Shown here: one piece after another, positions 9,237 through 18,502 of the stretch
How the letters are laid out: each line of letters begins with the position of its first letter
How positions within the stretch are numbered: the stretch's first letter is position 1
Source of the DNA: Parcubacteria group bacterium Gr01-1014_38
Lineage (GTDB): Bacteria > Patescibacteriota > Andersenbacteria > UBA10190 > CAIZMI01
Direction of reading: 5' to 3'
Length of the DNA stretch: 64,000 nucleotides
Assembly (NCBI GenBank): GCA_007376145.1
Contig: VMFP01000001.1
Span: 122,835 to 186,834 of the forward strand
Translations under genes and position numbers: made by a program
Notes under the pieces: generated by a model
What the model saw: the letters and a program-made list of their open reading frames with translations, nothing else
Told to the model about the DNA's origin: nothing
Database searches by the model: none

Positions 9237-11108
9237 TCACTTTTTCTCTGCCTCTCCCTCGACGGTCTTTCCGCCAGCGGGTTCTTGAACTGGCTGTTGC
9301 GCAGCCTGCTGCTGATACATCGCAGCTCCGATCTTCATGACCGTCTGGTTTAGGTCTTCGATGGCTTTCTTGAGCGCGGGGGTGTCTTCGCCTTTCTGCG
9401 AGGACTGCACAGCCTCGAGCTTTCCTTCAATCTCCTTCTTCACGTCGGCCGGCACTTTGTCGCCCATTTCCCGGAGAGTCTTTTCCGTCTGGTACACCAT
9501 CGCTTCCGCTTGATTACGGGTTTCGATCGCTTCCTTCTTCTTCTGGTCTTCCTCCGCATGCGCGGCCGCATCCCGCGTCAGACGCTCGACTTCGTCCTTC
9601 GAAAGGCCGGAAGACCCTTGGACGGTAATTTTCTGCTCCCGGCTCGTGGCCTTGTCCTTTGCGGAGACGGTCAGGATCCCGTTCGCGTCAATGTCAAAGG
9701 AGACCTCGATCTGGGGGACGCCGCGCGGCGCGGGCGGAATGCCGTCGAGGATGAATCGCCCCAGACTCTTGTTATCGGCAGCCATCTCGCGCTCTCCCTG
9801 GAGGACGTTGATTTCCACCTGCGGCTGGCTGTCGGACGCCGTCGAGAAGACTTGTGACTTCCGCGTCGGCACCGTCGTGTTCTTCGCAATGAGCGGGGTG
9901 CGAACGCTCCCGAGCGTTTCGAGGCCCAGCGTGAGTGGTGTCACGTCGAGGAGGAGGACGTCCTTCACGTCGCCCTGGAGAATCCCGCCCTGGATCGCGG
10001 CGCCGACCGCGACGACTTCATCCGGGTTTACGTCCTTATGCGCCTTTTTTCCAAACAAGCCTTCGACGGCCTCGATCACCTTCGGCATGCGGATTTGGCC
10101 GCCGACGAGGACCACTTCGTCGATATCCTTCGGCTCCAGTTTGGCTTCCGCCAGTGCTTCTTTCGTGAGCGCGATGGTGCGGTCCACGTATTCGCCGACG
10201 AGCTCTTCGAGCTTCGCGCGGGTGAGCTTTAGGAGGAGGTGCTTCGGGCCGGAGGCATCGGTGGTGATGAATGGCTGGTTGATCTCCGTTTCCGACACTG
10301 TGGAGAGCTCGATCTTCGCCTTCTCCGCGGCTTCCTTGAGGCGCTGGAGCGCGATGGGATCCTTGCTCAAGTCGATGCCGTACTGCTTCAGGAACTCACC
10401 TGTCATCCAGTCAATAATCTTCTGGTCAAAGTCGTCTCCGCCGAGGTGCGTATCCCCGTGCGTGGCTTTCACTTCGATGGTTTCCGGAGCGACCTCCAGG
10501 ATGGAGAGGTCGAACGTTCCGCCGCCCAGGTCGTATACGACGATCCGTTCTTCTTTCTTCTTCTCGAGCCCATAGGCCAAGGCAGCCGCCGTCGGTTCGT
10601 TCAGGATGCGGCGGACGTTGAACCCGGCAATCGTGCCGGCATCTTTCGTCGCCTTACGCTGGGAGTCGTCGAAGTACGCGGGGACGGTGATGACGGCATC
10701 GGTGATGTTCTCGCCAAGTTTCTCCTCTGCATCGGCCTTGAGCTTCTGCAAGACCATGGCGGAGATTTCCGCCGGCTTATACCACTGGTCCCCCATATTC
10801 ACCTCGACGCCGCCCTCCGCACTCTCGCGGATATCAAACGGCAGGAGGTCTTGGTCGCGCTGGATTTCGGGGTCGGAGAACCGCCGGCCGATGAGTCGCT
10901 TAATGGAGTAAAGTGTGTGTTCGGGGTTCGTCACCGCTTGGCGTTTCGCCGTAATGCCGACGTGACGATCGCCGGTCTTCGCGATTGCAACGACGGACGG
11001 AGTTGTCCGCGCTCCCTCGCGATTTTCGAGAACGCGCGGCTTGCCACCTTCGATGATGGCCATACAGGAGTTCGTCGTTCCGAGGTCGATTCCAAGAATC
11101 TTGGGCAT
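9237..11108 (-). CDS. dnaK: molecular chaperone DnaK (Hsp70)
   Basis: 623 aa. Begins [18 protein letters not shown], with DLGGGTFD and the full nucleotide-binding and substrate-binding domains. Confidence 0.97.
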   Translation of the reverse strand: MPKILGIDLGTTNSCMAIIEGGKPRVLENREGARTTPSVVAIAKTGDRHVGITAKRQAVTNPEHTLYSIKRLIGRRFSDPEIQRDQDLLPFDIRESAEGGVEVNMGDQWYKPAEISAMVLQKLKADAEEKLGENITDAVITVPAYFDDSQRKATKDAGTIAGFNVRRILNEPTAAALAYGLEKKKEERIVVYDLGGGTFDLSILEVAPETIEVKATHGDTHLGGDDFDQKIIDWMTGEFLKQYGIDLSKDPIALQRLKEAAEKAKIELSTVSETEINQPFITTDASGPKHLLLKLTRAKLEELVGEYVDRTIALTKEALAEAKLEPKDIDEVVLVGGQIRMPKVIEAVEGLFGKKAHKDVNPDEVVAVGAAIQGGILQGDVKDVLLLDVTPLTLGLETLGSVRTPLIAKNTTVPTRKSQVFSTASDSQPQVEINVLQGEREMAADNKSLGRFILDGIPPAPRGVPQIEVSFDIDANGILTVSAKDKATSREQKITVQGSSGLSKDEVERLTRDAAAHAEEDQKKKEAIETRNQAEAMVYQTEKTLREMGDKVPADVKKEIEGKLEAVQSSQKGEDTPALKKAIEDLNQTVMKIGAAMYQQQAAQQPVQEPAGGKTVEGEAEKK

Positions 11109-11158
11109 GAGTGTGAAGCGTAGGAGTGAGAGGATGAGTGCTCAGACGCGAGCTGGTC

Positions 11159-11671
11159 TCACGTCTCAGAACTCTTTGAAACCTTTACGCGCGCTGCCCG
11201 CAAGACCTGACCATTCCGCAGATACCCGGCCGCAAGCACTTCCGTAATCGTGCCAGCGGAAAGATGGGATGGCTCTTCCGCGACTGCCTCGTGAAGCTTC
11301 GGATCGAACGGCGACCCGACCTCACCAGTGGCAGTCACTCCGGCCTCTTGGAGGAACGAACGAAAGGCTTGGTAGATCTGGACGATACCCGTGGTCCACG
11401 GATGGGATTTGAGTTCCTCCGGGGTGTGGCGCATTGCTGCCTCAAAGTAGTCCAGAAGAGAAATCAAGTCCTTGAGGACGCTATCTTGCGCTGCATCGGA
11501 GGCATGTGCAAGACGGTCTTCCAGATCCTTCCGCAGGTTCTCGTAGTCCGCGAGTGCCCGCTGCCAGCCGGCAAGATGCTCGGAGGCGGCAGCTTCTGCC
11601 GCTGCCAGTCGGGGATCCGTGTTCGTTCGGTGGACGGTTCCCGCTGGGAGACCGCGGAGCGGAGCCGGCAT
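11159..11671 (-). CDS. grpE: nucleotide exchange factor GrpE
   Basis: 170 aa with a coiled-coil N-terminus (ALADYENLRKDLEDRLAHA) and a C-terminal beta-domain. 1-nt overlap with the hrcA stop. Confidence 0.8.
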   Translation of the reverse strand: MPAPLRGLPAGTVHRTNTDPRLAAAEAAASEHLAGWQRALADYENLRKDLEDRLAHASDAAQDSVLKDLISLLDYFEAAMRHTPEELKSHPWTTGIVQIYQAFRSFLQEAGVTATGEVGSPFDPKLHEAVAEEPSHLSAGTITEVLAAGYLRNGQVLRAARVKVSKSSET

Positions 11672-12387
11672 CAGAGAGACCGGAGGGTATGGACTGCGCG
11701 GAGAATCCGCATGTTTCTCGTGTACGGCATGCGGAGGGGCCCGATGAGTGCCGCAAGCAGCTGGAGTCCGGTGGGCAGCATCGGCGCTGTCACGAGCATG
11801 CTGACATGCTCCGCCCGTGCGACTGGATTCTCTCCATCGATAAAGACGGTCGGTTGCCCATCGGCCACGTGGGCCATCAATGTCTCACTGTGTTCCTCGA
11901 ATGCCTGGAGGACACGCTCCAGATCGTGGGCCGTCTCCCCGTCGGTGAGTTCACGCATGCGGAAGAGATTGGCCAACCCGGCTGGCTCCCGGACCACTGC
12001 CTCCGGAAGTATCGCCACCACCGCCAACGTCCCCGAGAGACGCGCGAGCAGCTGCGCCAGTTCGCGGGCGAGTGCGGCTTCCTGACTCGGATCAACGGCC
12101 GGTGCGAACCGGCGAAGCGCGGCAACGGCGGCTGGCGACGGAGCGCGGGCTCCCGCGTGATCCACGTAGTAGCGATACCCCAAGCGCGTTGGGACGCGTC
12201 CAGAAGACCGATGCGGATGTTCCAGAAACCCTTCGTCTTCGAGTTGAGCAAATTCGGCGCGGACGGTCGCGGAACTCCAGGGAAGGCGTACCCGTTCCAG
12301 CAGAGCTTCTGACCCAACCGGAATCCCCGTCCGGATGTACTCCCGAACGGCGGTGCAGAGAAGCGTGGATTGTCGGTCCGTGAGCAT
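11671..12387 (-). CDS. hrcA: heat-inducible transcription repressor HrcA
   Basis: The internal start MLTDRQSTLLCTAVREYIRTGIPVGSEAL is the HrcA winged-HTH N-terminus. The longer ORF start at 12477 would read through the CIRCE operator and is rejected. Confidence 0.85.
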   Translation of the reverse strand: MLTDRQSTLLCTAVREYIRTGIPVGSEALLERVRLPWSSATVRAEFAQLEDEGFLEHPHRSSGRVPTRLGYRYYVDHAGARAPSPAAVAALRRFAPAVDPSQEAALARELAQLLARLSGTLAVVAILPEAVVREPAGLANLFRMRELTDGETAHDLERVLQAFEEHSETLMAHVADGQPTVFIDGENPVARAEHVSMLVTAPMLPTGLQLLAALIGPLRMPYTRNMRILRAVHTLRSL

Positions 12388-12389
12388 GT

Positions 12390-12416
12390 TTAGCACTCTC
12401 GCGCTTTGAGTGCTAA
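12390..12416. promoter_or_regulatory. CIRCE operator (HrcA binding site), perfect consensus
   Basis: TTAGCACTC-tcgcgcttt-GAGTGCTAA: a 9-bp inverted repeat with a 9-nt spacer, immediately upstream of the hrcA start codon. Confidence 0.9.
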
Positions 12417-12475
12417 AAGTATGCGCCCCCGCTCTTGCCGTTGTCAAGGGTTGTTTGCTACGGTGAAGGGCTTCC

Positions 12476-13027
12476 ATGAATCAAACACGTCTCACAATCA
12501 TCCTCTCCGGCCTTGCGATCGTCGTGGTCGCAGCCGCTGCCGGGTACGGACTCGGAATGCTGGCGGAAAAGCGGGTCGCTCCAGAAGCGCCGCGCACCCC
12601 GGAAGCTACCGCATTGCCGTCTCCCAGTCCTTCCCTTCCCTTACCCAGTCTGACTCCGACCGCGTCGCCCCTCCCCGCTTCTCCGCGGGTTCCCGCCGCC
12701 GCCCCCACCGGGCCGGACCAAGGACCCCCAGAGCCGGTATTCCGCGTGGTGATCGAACCCTTCCCCACGGTCGTGCGGGCCGGAACCCCGCTGCGTGTCC
12801 GCTGGCAGATTCACGGACCCGCCGGGCTCCAAGGCGCCGCCACGAGACTCGTCGTGGTTCCGGAACAAGGGTCACCGGTGGTCAGTGCAGTCGCGCCCTC
12901 CGCTCTCTTCCCCGCGCGCTTCGAGGCGACGGTGACGGCCCCGGATCGCGGTCGCATGCTGCTCGTCGCCGAAGCCACGGCAAATGGTCAAACGGTGCAC
13001 GCCAAGCAGCGCGTCGTGGTTGAATAA
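12476..13027 (+). CDS. hypothetical membrane-anchored protein with Pro/Ala/Ser-rich linker
   Basis: 183 aa. ATG preceded by GGTGAAGGG. N-terminal TM (LTIILSGLAIVVVAAAAGYGLGML), a Pro-rich low-complexity linker, and a C-terminal beta-rich domain. Divergent from hrcA. Confidence 0.55.
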   Translation: MNQTRLTIILSGLAIVVVAAAAGYGLGMLAEKRVAPEAPRTPEATALPSPSPSLPLPSLTPTASPLPASPRVPAAAPTGPDQGPPEPVFRVVIEPFPTVVRAGTPLRVRWQIHGPAGLQGAATRLVVVPEQGSPVVSAVAPSALFPARFEATVTAPDRGRMLLVAEATANGQTVHAKQRVVVE

Positions 13028-13153
13028 GTAACCCCCACAACGCGTAAGCGGCACGAGGGCGCTCCTCGCTTTCCTCGCTCGCCCCACCATGATGGACCCT
13101 CTGCGGTGGACGTGCCGGTGACTGGCATGGTAGTGTGATCGCGCGTCCACCGT

Positions 13154-14452
13154 ATGGGGTCCATCACACGCTCAATGCAGACGCCGCCAATACAGCCGGT
13201 CCCTCCACAGGAAGGAGGAGGAAAGAAGAAAAATCTTTTGATGCTCGTGGTTGTGGCCACGATGGTGGGGGTGGCTTCTGTGTTGTTTCTTCTCACCATT
13301 CGCATACAACAAGGGGATGGAGGACTTCCGGAGAGAACTTCCGAGGAAGTTGGGCAGCCATCAACGATGATGCCGCAGTCTCAAGTAATCCCCCCGCAGG
13401 CGACCGGACAGAGGACAAGAGTTATCTACGCAACGTACGAGGACCCAAACGTGAATATTTACTCTGCCCTGCCAGACGGCTCTGACCGGAAGATCGTAGT
13501 TTCCGAAAAGCCGCCGGCGTTCCAGTCCGGTCTCGAGGCCATGCTCCGGTTGAGGGTTTCGCCACGACGCGATCTCCTTGCCTACGCACTCTATCCCAGA
13601 GACACCATTTCAATTGTCAACACTACTGGTGAGCGCCTCCGTACCGTACGCGGCGATTTCCAGTCCTTTGGGTGGTCGCCTGATGGGGAAAACTTTCTGT
13701 ATAATCTACAGCTTCCGTCGTCTTCATCGGATACGGGGGGCGTATCTCTGCAAGGGCCTGCTCGAGAATGGTATCTTCTCAATGCGGGAACCGGAGAGGA
13801 AAGTCTCCTTGCTTCACGCGATGTTCACCGCGACGAGCTTATCGCATGGGCGGAACGCGAAAAAGTTTTGTTCGCCGATCACGTCCTGGGAAGTAAAAGC
13901 TATTACCTCTTTGACGTGAACAAGAAAGAATCATCTCCGCTGCCCAATGTTGAACAGTGGATGGACATGAGGAAAGTTTCTGTAAGCCCATCAGGTAGAC
14001 GGCGAGTACTATTTGCAGTACCCAGTCCCATCGGTCGTAGCGGCGGGTTGTGTGAATTTCTTGAGTTTGGAGAGGAATGGCAGTTCAAGCAACTCCTGTT
14101 TTCAGAGAGGTGCCAGTCGGGGAGCCTCTACGGCGATCTCGGGTGGAACGGAGACGACGAGTTGTTTTATACGGAAGCAACGACGGAGCCACCACAGGGG
14201 TTAAGTCTTGTCAACGACTCGATCAATAAATATGATTTTCGGACGAGACAGCGAAAGCCAGTTCTCTCGCGTGCAGGACGAGAAAGGTATCAGCTAGCGG
14301 GAGTGCTGGAAGGACAAGGGCTCCTCGTTTTGAAGAGGGTCATCGGGAACCCGGAGTACGTATTAGAGGTTCGCAGTTTTGATGGTCGTGAGCCCGTGAC
14401 TATTCATTCGAGTAATCAGGAGGGTATGATTGTTGATTGGGTGCGAGAATAG
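13154..14452 (+). CDS. TolB-like beta-propeller (PD40/WD40-like repeats) membrane-anchored protein
   Basis: 432 aa with an N-terminal TM (LLMLVVVATMVGVASVLFLL) and repeated SPDG/WSPDGE-type motifs (FGWSPDGENFLY, VSVSPSGRR). The gene is noticeably AT-richer than its surroundings. Confidence 0.5.
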   Translation: MGSITRSMQTPPIQPVPPQEGGGKKKNLLMLVVVATMVGVASVLFLLTIRIQQGDGGLPERTSEEVGQPSTMMPQSQVIPPQATGQRTRVIYATYEDPNVNIYSALPDGSDRKIVVSEKPPAFQSGLEAMLRLRVSPRRDLLAYALYPRDTISIVNTTGERLRTVRGDFQSFGWSPDGENFLYNLQLPSSSSDTGGVSLQGPAREWYLLNAGTGEESLLASRDVHRDELIAWAEREKVLFADHVLGSKSYYLFDVNKKESSPLPNVEQWMDMRKVSVSPSGRRRVLFAVPSPIGRSGGLCEFLEFGEEWQFKQLLFSERCQSGSLYGDLGWNGDDELFYTEATTEPPQGLSLVNDSINKYDFRTRQRKPVLSRAGRERYQLAGVLEGQGLLVLKRVIGNPEYVLEVRSFDGREPVTIHSSNQEGMIVDWVRE

Positions 14453-14538
14453 AACGAGCGATTTCAACGTGACACATCCCCGACTTGGGGTTACGTTGAA
14501 TAGTTGGGGGCGTTCCGCGTTGGTCGGCGGAGGGAACG

Positions 14539-15699
14539 TCAGCGTCTGAAGACCAGATAGAGACGGTTTGCGTGAACCGGATCTGCCACGACGAAGCGGA
14601 GGGAGGCGCGGAGCGGCGTGTCGAGCGCGCGCCAGGTGTTGCCGTCATCGGTTGAGGAGAACAGTACGGAGCCGGACGCCGCCCAGAGTGTCCCGTTCGG
14701 ACTCTGGGCGATGCTGACGACTGGCGTCCGGACCGTTCCGGATGATGGAAGCTTCAGCTTCGTCCATGTGTCGCCGTCATCATCGGAACGGTAGAGCGCG
14801 GATTGCGTTCCGACGAGCATTGGCGTTCGCCCTTCGACGGGTTTCAGAAAGAGCACCGCATGCGCCGGATCCCGCGGCTCGCCGAACCCAACCGGGAGGA
14901 GTCCAGGGTCATCGCGTTCTCTCTGGTCTCGTGTTCGGCCCAGCCGCACGAGATCCCCACTCGTCCCGCCATCGGATGAACGCACCAAGCTTCCGTCCGT
15001 CAAGCGGATGAGGAGCAGCGCTCCGGCGGCGGGGGACACTTTCAAGCCCGTAATGCCCTGTTGGAAGGAGCGGCGTGTCTGCCAGTGAATGCCTCCGTCG
15101 GTCGAGACGAGGAGTGCGCCCGTGCTCGTTCCCGCGTACACGACTTCCGGAGAGCGAGCATCGTGTGCCACCACCGTGACCATGGCACGTACCTCGCGTC
15201 GCCGTCGGACGAGTGCTCCCACCTCCACCGTGGCCGTTGGGGCGGTGAACACTTCCGCCCAGGTTTCCCCTGCGTCGAGCGACTTCCAGATTTTTCCGCG
15301 CTGATTCGGAGCAGGTGCCGCGCCGGCCGCGAGGAGAATGCGGGGATTCCGGGGGTGGACGCTCACGCCGTGGACTTCTCCCGCGGGAATCGCGAGACGC
15401 TCCCAGCGGTCCCCCGCCGATGTCGTGCGGAACAAACCTTCGTCTGCCGCGAGATAGAGCGTGTCTGGAGCGACGCGAGCCGATTCTACGTGGCGCGGCC
15501 GAACGGCGGAGAGGTTTCCGCCGTCAGCGAGGAGGACCTTCTGAAAAAAGGTGATGCCCCCGTCGTCCGACCGATAGATGCCGCCGGGAGGAAGGGGGGA
15601 TGCTTGTGGGCCGGATTCCCGCACGCATCCTGCGCCGACGAACGGAAATGCTCCAAGGAGCACTATCAGACGGATCAATCCTTGACGGGTCGTCCACAT
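14539..15699 (-). CDS. BNR/Asp-box repeat lipoprotein (sialidase-like / Ycf48-like beta-propeller)
   Basis: Internal start MWTTRQGLIRLIVLLGAFPFVGAGC (lipobox-like). Five SxDxGxTW Asp-box motifs: SDDGGITF, SLDAGETW, STDGGIHW, SDDDGDTW, STDDGNTW. The 165-aa upstream ORF extension overlaps corA and is rejected. Confidence 0.7.
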   Translation of the reverse strand: MWTTRQGLIRLIVLLGAFPFVGAGCVRESGPQASPLPPGGIYRSDDGGITFFQKVLLADGGNLSAVRPRHVESARVAPDTLYLAADEGLFRTTSAGDRWERLAIPAGEVHGVSVHPRNPRILLAAGAAPAPNQRGKIWKSLDAGETWAEVFTAPTATVEVGALVRRRREVRAMVTVVAHDARSPEVVYAGTSTGALLVSTDGGIHWQTRRSFQQGITGLKVSPAAGALLLIRLTDGSLVRSSDGGTSGDLVRLGRTRDQRERDDPGLLPVGFGEPRDPAHAVLFLKPVEGRTPMLVGTQSALYRSDDDGDTWTKLKLPSSGTVRTPVVSIAQSPNGTLWAASGSVLFSSTDDGNTWRALDTPLRASLRFVVADPVHANRLYLVFRR

Positions 15700-15762
15700 G
15701 CCACCATCCAGCTTCTCGCAAACTGGCTCTCTTGAAAACCCATGGAACGAGGAGGTCTTTTT

Positions 15763-16815
15763 ATGCGACGTTCTGAAGGGTTGCGCCCGCTCTTTGCCGT
15801 CGTCGCGGATTTTCATCTCCGGACGCCGGCCGAAGAAGCGTACGAGCGCTTTCGAGGGCATGTTCTTTCTTTTGCCATGGTTCCTGAAAGATTCTATGCT
15901 GACGATATGCGGAGGGAAATTTCCACCGGAGAGCTCCGCTGGATTCATATCACGGATCCGAAGGAAGGCGATCTCCAGTTCCTTCGCGAGGAACTCGGCT
16001 TTCATGCGCTGGACGTTGAGGAATGCCGCCGTCCCAGCCTCCGCCCAAAAGTGGAATCGCACCCCGAGTACCTGTTTCTCGTCGTCCATGCCCCGACGCA
16101 CCTGCGCGAGGAACGTGCCACCCTCCCTGCCGAGTTCGATGTCTTCGTTACCCCAAACACCCTCGTCACGGTTCACGCCGCTTCTGCGTCGCACCTGGAT
16201 GGGTTCTTCCGCGACGTCTCAACAAACGACGACCTGAAAACGCGCGTCGTCGGACGCGATACGGCGTACCTTCTTTACCGCATCCTCGACCACCTGTTCG
16301 AGACGGCCTTTCCCATGCTCGACCACATCACGGAGCACCTGACAGAGGTGGAGAAAAAGATTTTCACCGGCCACGAGCGGCAGATGGTTTCCGAGCTTTC
16401 GCTGATTCAGAGGGATCTCACAGGATTTCGGAGTATTGTGCGTCCCCAGCGGCACCTGTACGAAGCTGGGACGCTCCACGGCAGTTGGAATTCCCCCGCC
16501 GTCGCGGTCGTCTTCCGAAGCGTGCACGGAAAACTGACGCGCTTGTGGGACCACCTGGAAACTTTGTGGGAGCGCGCTGAAGCGCTCGCGGAGACCAACG
16601 CCGTGCTCGTGAACTACAAGCTCAATGAGTTTGTAAAAATCCTCACGGTCCTCGGCGCCTTCTTTATCCCGCTCGGTCTCATTGGACAGACGGCGGTCTT
16701 CATCCACGGCGGAATTCCCTTGCTGAATCGCCTTGTGTTCTTGGGCATCATCTGCGTCATGCTGCTCGTGGTCTACGTGGTGTTGTGGAACGCCAAGAAA
16801 CGGAAAATTCTCTAG
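15763..16815 (+). CDS. corA: CorA-family divalent cation transporter-like protein with non-canonical pore motif
   Basis: Cytoplasmic N-domain plus two C-terminal TM helices (KILTVLGAFFIPLGLIGQTAVF...). The start is chosen at the ATG preceded by GGAGG with 8-nt spacing. The canonical G-M-N signature is replaced by G-Q-T. Confidence 0.65.
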   Translation: MRRSEGLRPLFAVVADFHLRTPAEEAYERFRGHVLSFAMVPERFYADDMRREISTGELRWIHITDPKEGDLQFLREELGFHALDVEECRRPSLRPKVESHPEYLFLVVHAPTHLREERATLPAEFDVFVTPNTLVTVHAASASHLDGFFRDVSTNDDLKTRVVGRDTAYLLYRILDHLFETAFPMLDHITEHLTEVEKKIFTGHERQMVSELSLIQRDLTGFRSIVRPQRHLYEAGTLHGSWNSPAVAVVFRSVHGKLTRLWDHLETLWERAEALAETNAVLVNYKLNEFVKILTVLGAFFIPLGLIGQTAVFIHGGIPLLNRLVFLGIICVMLLVVYVVLWNAKKRKIL

Positions 16816-17462
16816 CCGCTCGCGCCGAGGTTGCCGCATGGGTCTCCCGCGCGCTCGGCGGCGTGGTGGAGTGGAGTCGTCGCTGCGCGGTACGGCCGGT
16901 CGTCCGCGTCTTACCGACTAAGGTGACGCCGAACCGGCTTTCCGGGTTGCGGCTGGTACTTGCGGGGATGCTTGCTGGGCTGCTCTGGCGCGGAGAGTTT
17001 CTTTTCGCCGCCTGGACGTATGCAGGAGCGCTGTATACCGACGCGCTCGATGGAGAGGTCGCGCGGCTCCGAGATGCGCGCACCCGGTTTGGCGCACGTC
17101 TTGATCCCTCTGTGGACAAAGTCCTCCACGGCGTCCTGTTTCTGTATTTTTGGAGCGAGGCTCCGGTATTGCTCGGTCTGCTCTTGCTTCTCGACCTCGG
17201 TCTCTTTCTCATCGGTTTGACACTGGTCTTGAGGTCAAGAGCACCATCGCGGGATCTGTCGGCTTCCGTCTTCGGCCGCTGGAAAATGATCTTCCAGGCC
17301 CTTGCCTGCGCGGCCTTGTTGTGGAACGTGCTCATCCCTTCCCTCCCCTTCCCGCGTCCGACGGTCGTCGCGCTCTTGTCGCTTGCGCTCGCTTTTGCCT
17401 TCTTGTCCGTGGTGGGGTACATCCGGAGATTTCGCGTAAGAGAAAAGAGCCCCTCGCTTTGA
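16785..17462 (+). CDS. CDP-alcohol phosphatidyltransferase family protein
   Basis: Motif DALDGEVARLRDARTRFGARLDPSVDKV (D-G-x2-AR...G...D-x3-D) plus 4-5 TM helices. The true start is uncertain and may be a GTG near 16926 (KVTPNRL). The listed ATG overlaps the corA 3' end. Confidence 0.6.
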   Translation: MERQETENSLAARAEVAAWVSRALGGVVEWSRRCAVRPVVRVLPTKVTPNRLSGLRLVLAGMLAGLLWRGEFLFAAWTYAGALYTDALDGEVARLRDARTRFGARLDPSVDKVLHGVLFLYFWSEAPVLLGLLLLLDLGLFLIGLTLVLRSRAPSRDLSASVFGRWKMIFQALACAALLWNVLIPSLPFPRPTVVALLSLALAFAFLSVVGYIRRFRVREKSPSL

Positions 17463-17492
17463 ACGAGAGGCTCGTTGAAAAAACGGAACACG

Positions 17493-18410
17493 TTACGGTG
17501 CGGCCTGCAGCTCCTCGTACACCTGCCTGGCGATGTTGTCGAGGTAGGTGGCGAGTGGCAGGGTGAGTGAAGAGATGAGTCCACAGGCGCACATGACGAA
17601 ACCTTCACCGCCGAACGAATGCTGAAAGACTGACTGCACCGGAGCACCGCACTCGCGAAGAGCGCGCTCGACCACGAGATTTTGATACTCCACGAAGGGC
17701 TGGTTCGAGAGTACCAAGTAGAACCCAGGTCGCGGCTTGTGCTTGGTAAACCACTCCTTGGCGGTGTCACCAGTGTTCGGTGGTCGCGTTCCGCCGTCAG
17801 TCTTCGGTTGGAGCGGTGTGTTCACCAGTTCGTACTTCCACTCTGGGGGAAGCTGCGACTGCTGCCAGGTGAACTCCATCATCTCGGCCTCGGTCGTCGG
17901 CATCCGCTCTGGCGCAGTCCACCCCTCCTTGAAGGGAAGTTCGGCCGGAGTACAGAGCACCTCACGACTCTCTTTCACGGGATCGAGCGGGCGAGCGCCA
18001 CCGAAGAGGTAGGCTTTCCAGTCGCGCTGGAAATCAACGCGCGGTGCGAACGTGGTGAAGTCCTGCAGGCGGCTGACGACACGAGGTCGCAGTGCGCCGA
18101 GGAGGACCATGCCTTCGTAGATGACGGGTCGCGGCTCAGACGGCGGGTACTCCGGTGGGAACTCCAGGAAAGGTGGAACTTCATCGATGCAGTCCAGCTC
18201 ACGCAACAGAGCGAGATCGTCATCCTTCGGCGGCTCCCCCTTGATCTGGAATCGAAGGTAGCCCTCCTTGAACCACTTTTGCTGGAGACGGTCGTTGAGG
18301 TCCTTGGGCGACACGTCGTCGGGCACGTCAATGCCGTACTTGCGGCAGAGGACGAGCAGCTTCGGAACCGGTCGGCTATTCTGAAGTGGGCCATTCTGAA
18401 TCAAGCGCAC
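17493..18410 (-). CDS. hypothetical protein (305 aa)
   Basis: Long ORF with balanced composition and no recognised motifs. Abuts the IS element. Confidence 0.45.
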   Translation of the reverse strand: MRLIQNGPLQNSRPVPKLLVLCRKYGIDVPDDVSPKDLNDRLQQKWFKEGYLRFQIKGEPPKDDDLALLRELDCIDEVPPFLEFPPEYPPSEPRPVIYEGMVLLGALRPRVVSRLQDFTTFAPRVDFQRDWKAYLFGGARPLDPVKESREVLCTPAELPFKEGWTAPERMPTTEAEMMEFTWQQSQLPPEWKYELVNTPLQPKTDGGTRPPNTGDTAKEWFTKHKPRPGFYLVLSNQPFVEYQNLVVERALRECGAPVQSVFQHSFGGEGFVMCACGLISSLTLPLATYLDNIARQVYEELQAAP

Positions 18411-18502
18411 GGTATGCCCTCCGCATACGAGGAAATAGGTTGTGAGAGTTCAGATCCCAGAACGTCTGGGGACCAAAACCATAGCATGTCTCATCCCCCA
18501 TG

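Noticed and set aside
9510-11123. Several plus-strand ORFs (115-309 aa) inside dnaK
   Set aside because: Antisense shadows of an unambiguous Hsp70 gene.
12388-12477. N-terminal extension of the hrcA ORF (MEALHRSKQ...)
   Set aside because: It would translate through the perfect CIRCE operator. The canonical HrcA N-terminus begins at the internal MLTDRQ.
14539-16194. Full 551-aa minus ORF including 165 upstream codons
   Set aside because: The upstream part overlaps corA on the other strand and is Arg-rich. The lipoprotein-type signal begins at the internal MWTTRQ.
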